Part shown: piece after piece, positions 51,165 through 61,490 of the stretch
Position numbering within the stretch: the stretch's first letter is position 1
Layout of the letters: every line of letters starts with the position of its first letter
Assembly (NCBI RefSeq): GCF_964204645.1
Contig: NC_134029.1
Span: 22,438,950-22,502,949 of the forward strand
Source: Tubulanus polymorphus
Lineage: Eukaryota; Animalia; Nemertea
Direction: 5' to 3'
Length of the DNA stretch: 64,000 nucleotides
Translations under genes and position numbers: made by a program
The notes under the pieces: generated by a model
Told to the model about the DNA's origin: nothing
The model's input: the letters and a program-made list of their open reading frames with translations, nothing else
The model's database searches: none

Positions 51165-52995
51165 ATTAGCCTATCTGAAGGCGACTTAAGCGAGTTTGAA
51201 TGTAGTTTTTCATAGATTCTAATATAAAACTAAATGCGTCTAGCGTGGCTGTGTGTGTTCTATTAGCTATATGTAGCACAAGATTAACTTAGCACTATTA
51301 GTGTGAACGAAACTGAACTATCTCGGTTTCGTCATCGTAAAATGTCGTCTGGTGATTGAAATTGTTCGTTTTTTGCTTCGTTTCTGTTTTGTGCCGTAAT
51401 AATTTCACGCGCCAGATGCGACATTGATTGATAAATAAATACGCACTAGCTTCGACGATTATGCGAAAACTACTTATCCGATAATACTTGCCAATTTAAA
51501 CATTCCTGTCATAATAATCAAATACATTGATACAAATGTTATATATATATAAATGTAGAAATTGTTCGCGCCCGTTATAAACCATTGAATAAAATTCTGT
51601 GCCGTAGAAATTTTATGGCTCTTCAAAAACAATACTAAAAAAATATTCTTTTCTTAATTGAGAAAAAAAGATGACAATGTTTCCTTTTTGACAGTGTTAG
51701 ACATCTATGTACATACGCCTAGAATGTATGAAGTTTAGAAGTTACATTTATGAAATGTTTTCTTTTTTGTGATTGCGGGATAAGCTCGTCTTTGTGCCGC
51801 CAAGTGGGGATTATCTATATGGGGATTATCAAGCCGCAGTTATCGAACCCTTGATAACTTCTTGACAAAACATTCAAATGAAGACTCGAATGAATTTAGA
51901 AATATTTGAAAATCCTGTTCGGGACAGTATATCCAGTATATCTTTCACCGGGTGATTTTTGCGAGGGTTTTTCTCATCAACTGCGGCTAAAACAAGAATG
52001 TCATGACAATTTTACTGTAAAAAAAAAACAAACATTATCGATAGACTCATAATAATCGTCATAATCTGCCATTTATTAAAACTATAATTATATCATGACT
52101 ATTATTATTATTATTATTATTATTATTATCATTATTGTTGTTGTTGTTAAAAGCCAGAAAACTAGCGATAGAAAATAATAGAAAATAAGAAACTTCGTTG
52201 TACGTGTTTTTCAATTTGTTTTTCAATGAAATTAATGGATTACTCGAACGGCTTCTCAGCTCAAAATGCTTCAAATGAAATAATATATGTAGCCATAATT
52301 TGTATATAGACAGAGACACACACATATATGATTATATTGTAATATAGTTGATGACTTTATTTGCATGTAATGCATCCCGTTACAGACACATTTCTAAATC
52401 AGCACAACATCAGTAGTTTTCTATTTTGAAGGGCACGTATTATTTTCTATGTATTTCAAATTTGTGTTTAGTCGTTTATATAACGGAAAAAAGTACCATG
52501 ATTTCTTTCGTTCGATGACGATGACGTTCTTGATTACAAAATTGAAAATGATTTTTTTTCTGATCGGCATTTATCTAAAGCGAGCACGCTTATTTCGAAT
52601 CCAATCCTGGGTAAGAAGAGCTTTGATACCAATGCAATTTAATACGGCCAATGTTAGAAATAAAAACAAACTTTTTGCTGTTATGCAACTTTAAGGGCAG
52701 GTGACTTTATTCGTTTAAAACTGCAATAGTTTTTTTCTAAGACTCAGTTCTTGAATACATATAAAAATGTACATGTATATCATGATGATTTCTTCAAACA
52801 CTTTACACAGTTGTACTTACAATCTTACATGTGTAATTTACTATTTAGAGCAAACTAAATGAACTATATTAAATATGATTGTTTCAACCACTACTATACT
52901 ACTACCAACAAGAGTTTGCAAGTAGATTTGCTGATAGATCGCCATTTTTGTGGTGAATACTGACCATCGCAGAATATATTATGTTTGTTATTTGC

Positions 52996-53001
52996 AATAA
53001 A
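52996..53001 (+). promoter_or_regulatory. Candidate distal polyadenylation signal of Fe65, implying a 3'UTR of about 4.6 kb
   Basis: AATAAA followed about 30-50 nt later by a U/GU-rich tract (TTGTTCATTTGTCTTTTGTC), at the end of an AT-rich UTR-like stretch. Other AATAAA sites exist upstream, e.g. near 50250. Confidence 0.35.
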
Positions 53002-53274
53002 TGAATATGATGTCAAACAGCATTCTGCTCTCATTGTTCATTTGTCTTTTGTCTTCGAGGAATTATTAAGTAATTTGTGACGGTTTTGGAACATGATTTT
53101 AAGAAAATTGACCAAATGTATGGGTCCTTAAAACCCATTCGGTGGGGAATGAAAAAAATAAACTTCTATCGTCCAAAGAATCCCGCCACCTATCAGTGTT
53201 TGGGCATTTCAACGACTGTTAGACAGCCCTACTGCATGCCAGTAGTGCAGTTAGAGCAGCCATCTTCGACTAGT

Positions 53275-53288
53275 TCGCCATCTAGCGG
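53275..53288 (-). promoter_or_regulatory. CTCF-like binding motif CCGCTAGATGGCGA, in a cluster of co-oriented weaker motifs
   Basis: Plus strand reads TCGCCATCTAGCGG. Related CGCCAYCTA motifs at 53184, 53467, 53549, 54880 and 54962. Confidence 0.45.
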
Positions 53289-53749
53289 GCAACTCGGTCA
53301 ATAATGGTCAGTCACGCCTGAGGTGACCACGACCATGCCTAAATATTTTCACCGACACGCCCAACGTGACCACGCCACCGAGTGGTTTTAAGATGGTGGA
53401 TGTGATACCATTACTATAGTTCCCAGCTACTGTGGTATATGTGTACATTAGCTATTTGCACAACTTCGCCATCTATTGGAATTTTTCTGAACTATCAAAT
53501 TCTTTTATCGCCAATAGCAAATAATCTCAATGAACGACATTTCACATACGCCATCTATCGAAGAATATGATTAATGCCTTTCATTTTGAATAAATGGGTA
53601 TGTCCCATGTTCGAATTTGGTCTATTGTTACTGATTCTGTGTAACCTGTATGGTGAATAAGGAATAAATATGGGTGTCCCAGGTACTGGTTCTGCCCTCA
53701 TGCTGAAGAGAGGATGCGTCAGGATCGAACAAATAAACAAAGAGTCTTA

Positions 53750-54553
53750 AGGCTGGCTGATGTCGACAAGCAACGCGACGCCTACCGACTCCTACCGACG
53801 CAACTGAGGGCAACCGCGATCGCAGCCCAGCTTATGTCGACTGCGCTCCGATTCGCAGCAACTGAGGCCGACTATCGGGATACGAGATCCTCCCAGTTGC
53901 TTTCCTGCTTATGTCGGTTACGATTACTGGCAACTGCAACGGCTCAGATGGTCACGTGATAAGCATTTTGAGAATAAATTTGATTTATTTTGAATTATTG
54001 GGAAATATATTTCTGTTAGAAAAGCTATTTCTTTAAGATCTTTATCTTTCTGATTCTGTTTTGAATACAATGTGCTAGCGACATCATATAAAGATGGCCG
54101 CTCACACCATAATTCTACCAATTTCGCTTCTAGATTTTCGGTCCAGTCATCTGCCGTGCTGAAAGTTTCGTTAACGTTTCGAAATACTTTAATTTGAAAA
54201 TTTATGACTAATTACGAATGACGCTAACTAGCGGTCATAATTTGTATTATGTATATGCGGTCTCTTATTGGCTGGAACCCTTGCGCTCAGTTCCGTCGCG
54301 TCGCAGATGAGCTTATGTCGGTTGCGATCGAAAGCAACTGTCCGCTTACCGTAGCCCGGAGTAGAACATGGGCAACTATCCGGATACGGCTTGCGACGAG
54401 TCGGTAGGCGTCGGGTTGCCGTCGCAAGCCGGCTTATGTCGAACCGATAGAGCAGCAACTGGCGGCCTCTCGTAGGCCGCTAGTTGCCGCTAATCGGCGA
54501 TAAACCGAGTTGCATCGGTAGGCATCGCGTTGCTTGTCGACATAAGCCAGCCT
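53750..54553. mobile_element. Non-autonomous PIF/Harbinger-type element A (804 bp) with a MADF/Myb-SANT remnant
   Basis: TIRs AGGCTGGCTGATGTCGACAAGCAACGCGACGCCTACCGA and TCGGTAGGCATCGCGTTGCTTGTCGACATAAGCCAGCCT; TTA on both flanks. Internal minus-strand frame WTENLEAKLVELWCERPSLYDVASTLYSKQNQKDKDLKEIA. Confidence 0.85.
54020..54150 (-). pseudogene. Truncated MADF (Myb/SANT-like) DNA-binding domain of the Harbinger accessory protein
   Basis: Matches the MADF pattern WT-x7-LxELW-x2-RPxLYD-x5-Y-x5-K-x5-EIA. The duplicate copy lies at about 55434..55564. Confidence 0.75.
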
Positions 54554-54557
54554 TTAA

Positions 54558-54775
54558 AGGCGGGCGTAGGTCGGCCTTGCGACGCGACGCGATCGTCGCA
54601 AGTGGGCGCGTAAGTCGGTTGCGACGCGATTGTCAGCGACTGTGTGCGGCTAGTTGCTGGCAGTCGCAAGGTAGCGTAGGTCGGTGAGTCGTTGCGACGC
54701 GATCGTCGCTGGCGGTCGCAGTGAGTCGCGTCGCAGTGAGTCGCAAGCCGTCGCAAGGCCGACCTACGCCCGCCT
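54558..54775. mobile_element. Harbinger-type MITE B (218 bp)
   Basis: TIRs AGGCGGGCGTAGGTCGGCCTTGCGAC and GTCGCAAGGCCGACCTACGCCCGCCT, TAA on both flanks, many internal GTCGCA/TGCGAC subterminal motifs. Confidence 0.85.
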
Positions 54776-55163
54776 TAAGTGACCACGCCACCGAGTGGTT
54801 TTAAGATGGTGGATGTGATACCATTACTATACTTCCCAGCTACTGTGGTATATGTGTACATTAGCTATTTGCACAACTTCGCCATCTATTGGAATTTTTC
54901 TGAACTCACAAATTATTTTATCGCCAATAGCAAATAATCTCAATGAACGACATTTCACATACGCCATCTATCGAAGAATATGATTAATGCCTTTCATTTT
55001 GAATAAATGGGTATGTCCCATGTTCGAATTTGGTCTATTGTTACTGATTCTGTGTAACCTGTATGGTGAATAAGGAATAAACATGGGTGTCCCAGGTACT
55101 GGTTCTGACTCATATGCTGAAGAGAGGATGCGTCAGGATCGAACAAATAAACAAAGAGTCTTA

Positions 55164-55967
55164 AGGCTGGCTTATGTCGACAAGCAACGCGACGCCTACC
55201 GACTCCTACCGACGCAACTGAGAGCAACCGCGATCGCAGCCCAGCTTATGTCGACTGCGCTCCGATTTGCAGCAGCTGAGGCCGACTATCGGGAAACGAG
55301 ATCCTCCCAGTTGCTTTCCTGCTTATGTCGGTTACGATTACTGGCAACTGCAACGGCTCAGATGGTCACGTGATAAGCATTTTGAGAATAAATTTGATTT
55401 ATTTTGAATTATTGGGAAATACATTTCTGTTAGAAAAGCTATTTCTTTAAGATCTTTATCTTTCTGATTCTGTTTTGAATACAATGTGCTAGCGACATCA
55501 TATAAAGATGGCCGCTCACACCATAATTCTACTAATTTCGCTTCTAGATCTTCGGTCCAGTCATCTGCCGTGCTGAAAGTTTGGTTAACGTTTCGAAATA
55601 CTTTAATTTGAAAATTTATGACTAATTACGAATGACGCTAACTAGCGGTCATAATTTGTATTATGTATATGCGGTCTCTTATTGGCTGGAACCCTTGCGC
55701 TCAGTTCCGTCGCGTCGCAGATGAGCTTATGTCGGTTGCGATCGAAAGCAACTGTCCGCCTACCGTAGGCCGGAGTAGAACATGGGCAACTATCCGGATA
55801 CGGCTTGCGACGAGTCGGTAGGCGTCGGGTTTCCGTCGCAAGCCGGCTTATGTCGAACCGATAGAGCAGCAACTGGCGGCCTCTCGTAGGCCGCTAGTTG
55901 CCGCTAATCGGCGATAAACCGAGTTGCATCGGTAGGCATCGCGTTGCTTGTCGACATAAGCCAGCCT
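55164..55967. mobile_element. Second copy of Harbinger-type element A
   Basis: Same TIRs and TTA flanks, within the duplicated unit. Confidence 0.85.
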
Positions 55968-55971
55968 TTAA

Positions 55972-56293
55972 AGGCGGGCGTAGGTCGGCCTTGCGACGCG
56001 ACGCGATCGTCGCAAGTGGGCGCCGCGTAAGTCGGTTGTGACGCGATTGTCAGCGACTAGATTGTGTGCGACTAGTTGCTGGCAGTCGCAACAGCGCGCA
56101 GGTCGGTTGCAACGGGTGCGACGCGTCGCAGAAAGTAGAACATGTGCGACTTATTGCGCTGGCAGTCTCAACCCGTCGCTGGCAGTCGCAAGGTAGCGTA
56201 GGTCGGTGAGTCGTTGCCACGCGATCATCGCTGGCGGTCGCAGTCGCGTCGCAGTGAGTCGCAAGCCGTCGCAAGGCCGACCTACGCCCACAT
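55972..56293. mobile_element. Second, longer copy of MITE B, followed by rearranged/inverted fragments to about 56540
   Basis: Same left TIR; degenerate right TIR (CCTACGCCCACAT). Extra internal segment includes GCAGAAAGTAGAACATGTGCGAC. Confidence 0.8.
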
Positions 56294-57118
56294 TTAAGCC
56301 ACCTTGCGATACGTCGTGTGGCGTCGCAAGTGGGGGCTTAAGTCGGTTGCGACGGTTGCGTTGCGTCGCAGAAAGTAGAACGGTAGAACGAAAGTAGAAC
56401 GATCGCGTCTCAACGACTCACCGACCTACGCTACCTTGCGACTGCCAGCGACGGGTTGAGACTGCCAGCGACTGCCAGCGACGCCAGTCGCAATAAGTCG
56501 CACGTTCTACTTTCTGCGACGCGACGTGACCGTCGCGTCAAACATCTTCTGATCTCAACACGTCTGACGATGTCTTTTGGCGGAATATATTTCTCTCGGT
56601 TGTTTATAGATGATGTGAGCTGAATGTAACAGTGGCAGTCAAGGGATTCTACCTTCTGGCAATCGAGGATCTGAGAATATATCAGGATCTAACGTACAAT
56701 TCTTTATTGATTATTTGGAAAAAGATAGTTGTCCTCATTTAAACAATACATATAGAATAAGCTGAGGTGTATCAGGTTCGACCCCGGTCCATTGACGCTG
56801 ATTCAGGAGTCTGCGTGTAGATCAGATGTCAAACAAGGATGTCCTGGGTTCGATTCCGGTTAATTGATACCGATGTGAGCGGTTTAGATGCTGAATAGAA
56901 GACACTAGGACCATTATCAATTTATCATCTATCTTCTGTAATCTTCACAAAGCGTCACTGCGATCTTTAGTTCAGGGAGACAGAGCTAGGGGGCTAGAAG
57001 TCAAACTATAGAAAATTGTTTTGAAGAAACGAAACGAAGGGTGATATTAAGATGCACCCATGACTTCATAACATATCAAATTACTTCTAAATGAGCTAAT
57101 TATGCATTATTCATCTAA

Positions 57119-57436
57119 AGCCGAGCGTAGGTCGACTTTGCGACGCGACGCGATCGTCGCGTTGCGTCACAAGTGGGGGCGCAAGTCGGTTGCGACGCGA
57201 TTTCCAGCGACTGTGTGCTACTAGTTGCTCCCAGTCGCAAGAGCGCGTAGGTCGGTTGCGACGGTCGCGTCTCGTCGCAGAAAGTAGAACATGTGCGACT
57301 CATTGCGACTGGCGTCGCTGGCAGTCGCAACTCGTCGCAAGGTGTAGCGTAGGTCGGTGTCGTTGCGACGCGATCGTCGCTGTGAATCGCGTCGCAGTGA
57401 GTCGCAAGCCGTCGCAAGGCCGACCTATGCCCGGCT
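57119..57436. mobile_element. Third, diverged copy of MITE B
   Basis: AGCCGAGCGTAGGTCGACTTTGCGAC ... GTCGCAAGGCCGACCTATGCCCGGCT. Internal sequence is colinear with the copy at 55972. Confidence 0.8.
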
Positions 57437-58113
57437 AACGTCATTGAACTTCTGTGGAAACGACTGTCTTTTTCCTATTCGCTCATCTCCAAGGGATTTT
57501 ACCCCCTCTGGTAGCATTTCCGTGAACTAAACTCTTAAAGGTCTTCCTCGAGTAACAGCGACTGTAGAACAAATTCCGTCGTCGATATCAGTTCTTTTGT
57601 TTTCTCGTTTTTTGTCAGTAAAAAGAAACACGTAAACAAACTTGTAAACCATAAAAACGCTTTATTACAAGGAATAAAATTCAATCAAAAAGCGAAATTT
57701 CATAACATGAACTTTTAACGATTTACATGATATCACTAATTACGGGTACAGAATTTGATGTCAAACTCCACCGAAGTCGGATTTGACGTCGAGCTCATCC
57801 GATATACGAAGTATTTGCCATCTAACTCCGATAGTCAGACACATTTTCGTAATCCAAAATGATCCCCGACTTGAGCCAAGTCAATTGTAATGTTTGTTCA
57901 CGGGACGGAATTAATCGAGGATATTTACTGTCACTGATATCCGATCCTGAAATTGCCATGTCTCTGATTCGATCATTCGATGGCTGGAACGCTGTCAGTT
58001 TGTTTACTTGGCGAACAAACACAATTGTATAATCGGTATGACGTTCAATGTAGTGAGATCCGCTAAAACAGCCTGTTTAGAACGAGAGAGATAGAAAAAA
58101 AATACGTCGTAAG

Positions 58114-58990
58114 TTATTTTCTACAACAATAGAATCTTGCACAGAAATATCGACGGATTTCCCGTCCTAGTAAAAGATATATGTAAAAGTTGACCACATA
58201 ATTACACAATTGGAACTGAATGAATGCATCGTATAAAAATGCCTTTCGGGCAGGTAGGATTGGTAGGAATACAGTAACAGAGGAAGGTAGGGTGAAAATT
58301 GCAAACGCAAATGAAACTGTTACGAGCATTATTGTTGTACGTTTTGCTTTCGTAGTTGTCACATGGATGAAACCAATTTTGAGCCCCTGAATAACTGAAC
58401 TATTATAACAGAATTCGATATAAAAATCAATGTCAATGGTAGAAGATGAACGTATGAAACGTATATGAAAAAAAGTAAGCACATGTCGGATAACTCGTAG
58501 TAACATCCGTGATCGTTTGAGAATTGCATCATTACTGCCGGGTGAATACCTATCAGCGATGCATTTATTGTGAAAATGATTACAATCGCGCATCGGGCGA
58601 ATCTAGGCGTACATATGAAACGAGATGTGAACGGGTAGAGCACAACTGCCGAACGTTCTAGAGATATCGCTACTATTAACCAGCAACTATTGGCGCCCAA
58701 AGTATTCATCAGAGATTCGTAGATTTGACAACTGATGACGGAATTCATCAAGAATATCGCACCGCCAGTATTAACACGCAAGAACGGGCATCAGCGCAAA
58801 ACTAATACCGAACACAAAATCACATAAGGATAAAACGATCAGATCAGTTAGCGTAAGATAAACTGCGGAATCTGCGACTTATCATTATCAGGAAAGTGGC
58901 CGAATTTCCGAAGGTCCCCATCAAAAACAAAACCAGTAAAATCACGAATGAAATTATACGCTAGCTTCCAGACTTGTTCTCGACAGACAT
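58114..58990 (-). pseudogene. Intronless rhodopsin-family (class A, peptide-receptor-like) GPCR pseudogene
   Basis: TM1 GTFGN, TM2 LTDL, TM3 CQIY...WLIVAISLERSAVVLYPF, TM6 MLVTVSFAFAIFTLP, TM7 NYVVNFYIYLLLGREIR. The segments lie in different frames (about 3 frameshifts), and there is an in-frame TAG at codon 10 after the ATG at 58990. Confidence 0.8.
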
Positions 58991-60711
58991 GATAGTGATG
59001 TGACTGGTGTAAGTCTGAGCGATTTGTATCGCAGTGTAATTCTTCATCATTGTGTACATTTCATATTCATTATCGAGTTTCTTGTAAGCATTCAACTTTT
59101 ATTCACTTCTTTAAGCTTCACCGGAATTGACTGTAGCAAAAGAATCTTTATAAGTTATTATTCATCTATTTGAGATTGAATTGTCATTTCAACTTACAAT
59201 TTGTAAATTCGATTCCCGCAAAAAGATCAGATTTGTCAAATTTTTATCGCACAAAATTTAACTGAATAAGATGTAATTTCCGGAGAGAAAATAACAATAG
59301 ATACTAAAATATCTAGAGAACAGGTTGTAAATTTGATTAACGAATCACACAACTGCATGTTTATGGAGTCCTTGATACTGTGGGTTTAGGGAGTCCAAGG
59401 GCGGACCAGAAGCGGGGCAGTTGTGGGTTTAGGGAGTCCAAGGATGACAAGAAACGGGGCAGTTTCACAAACAGCTATTTCTTCCTAAACCGCAATGAAT
59501 ATCAATATCATTAAAACTGACCCGAGTCATAGATACAATAGAAACACATAACTACCTCTGCTGCTGCATACGACTGAACTTGAATCAGGTTGTTCTTCCG
59601 GAATGAGAAGATAGCGTAGGCCAACACTGAATAGTGAAAAACATAATTGAATTCATGAAAATCTATGAAAAAACAAAAACACACTTATATGAGGCTACTC
59701 TAAATGGATTCAATTTTTGTCACTGTTCATCGTCTAAAAGGAGTTTTGGAGGGTTTTGAGATGGTTCACTAACCGGGTAATAACTCCATACTGCCGTAGG
59801 CGAGAATTCTGTCCCATAATAGAAGAACCTGATCACTCGACAAATATCCCGAAAATGCTCTTATCAACCACTTGAACGCCATCTTCAGACTGAAATTGGA
59901 ACAATAAAGAAATTAGATCAGTCTCAGACTCTTCAGATTTTTCAGACTCTTCAGTTATACGGATTGAATACTGACGGCTGGGCTCCGACTGATTTCAGAT
60001 GCGCGAATAACTGAGGTTCATAACACTGTAACAACGACTCGAACAGTAGACACAAGCTTACTATACCCTGAAAATAATCACACTTACACGTCACCGAACA
60101 CTCGACTGCCTCAAGCGTCCTCAAAAAATTTTTTGGGGAAATTTTGATTAACGTCTGCCCCAGAAAATGCGTTGATCCGGTCAGTATTAATTCCGAACTG
60201 ATCCGTAATTTGGAATAAGTGTCATCAGGGTTCGTGTTAGGTTTTGTTAGGGATATGTTTCGGTTTAGGAATAGGGTTATTAAAGGATTAAGTTTATATC
60301 ATGATGAAAAGATTTGTACCCGAAAGGGCCTTGGCAATTCTATAATGCTGGGTTTTAGTTTTGAATCCAAATTTTCTTGAAATTCGCTTTAACACCACTT
60401 TGCGCACGCACAGAATGTTATTGGATTTTTAACAATAACCCGTCAGTCCCACGAGATCCGAGACTAGTGCATTCTATAATGCATATCCTTTTCAACTAGA
60501 TCAGTCAAAAATACGAACACCGCGTGTTTTGATATGAATTTTTCATTACCTGCGGATGCGATGAAATGCAGTGCAATCGACAGAAATATCGCGTGTACAT
60601 CTCTCGAAACACGTAATACAGTTTAACAACATCGTTGTATATGAAACACAGAGGTGCAACTGAAAATAGACAGCAGAACAAGGGTAGGGTAATTGACGAG
60701 TGATAGTCTAT

Positions 60712-61085
60712 AGTCGTGTTCACACTATCGCTAGATAGTCCTTTCTAATTCGGAACGAAAAATTTAGAAAAAAATTTAGAACGAACTAAATTAATGCGGT
60801 GCATTCACCGCTATTTTTAAATCAGTGGTTATTACTAGTCCAGCTATATACAACCTACGAGCAATCATCTCAACTCTTGAGATAGTTATCTCAACTCTTG
60901 AGATAATCGCAACACTGAGATTGACAGCAGATTCTATTCACACTCGAGGAAATGGTAATGATCCATTCTGAAATTCACGTAAAAAATGGACCTACATCGG
61001 TCTTCTCGGTCGGCCTTAATTGTCCGTTCTAAAATGAAACCAATCTAAAATGGACTTTTCGCTAGTGCCTAGTGTGAACACGTCT
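60712..61085. mobile_element. TIR MITE family C (Harbinger-like termini)
   Basis: AGTCGTGTTCACACTA and TAGTGTGAACACGTCT (15/16 inverted match), with internal AATGGAC motifs shared with the copies at ~2900 and ~330. Confidence 0.6.
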
Positions 61086-61202
61086 TAGTCAGTTGTGAAA
61101 TTGGAATGGACTAAATTCAGAACGTTCTTGATAATGAACGTTTTTAATATCTTATGAACGCGGCAGCTGATGAAACAGATCTCCGCACAGTCGTCGAGTT
61201 AA

Positions 61203-61490
61203 CCCTTTCAGTGCGTCTACACCGCAGTGCGGTGTACGAATCAGTGATGAATTTTGCTTGTACACCGCACTGCGGTGTATTGATTTAATTAGTAATTACA
61301 AATTATCTCTCTTGAAAGATGGCAGCACCTGTCAAACATAGTGAAATACTAGTAACTAACGATATACCGCACCAGGGGGTAGACGCACTATAGTGCTATT
61401 CCCTTTATTCAACACACAAGGGTCGAATTTTTCAGAATTTTCAAATTTCCTTCAGCACTATAGGGTATTGATTAGCCAGCAATGAAAGGG
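61203..61490. mobile_element. piggyBac-type MITE (288 bp)
   Basis: TTAA|CCCTTTCAGTGC ... GCAATGAAAGGG|TTAA: TTAA target duplication and CCC...GGG termini. Confidence 0.85.

Larger units (their letters stand above)
53366..56297. repeat. Tandem duplication with a unit of about 1.41 kb (53366..54778 and 54779..~56297)
   Basis: Both units start GTGACCACGCCACCGAGTGGTTTTAAGATGG and are colinear with scattered substitutions. The second unit's terminal MITE is longer. Confidence 0.95.

Noticed and set aside
54228-57444. Arg/Cys/Ala-rich ORFs in the GC-rich repeat block
   Set aside because: They arise from subterminal GTCGCA repeats of MITEs and show no transposase motifs.
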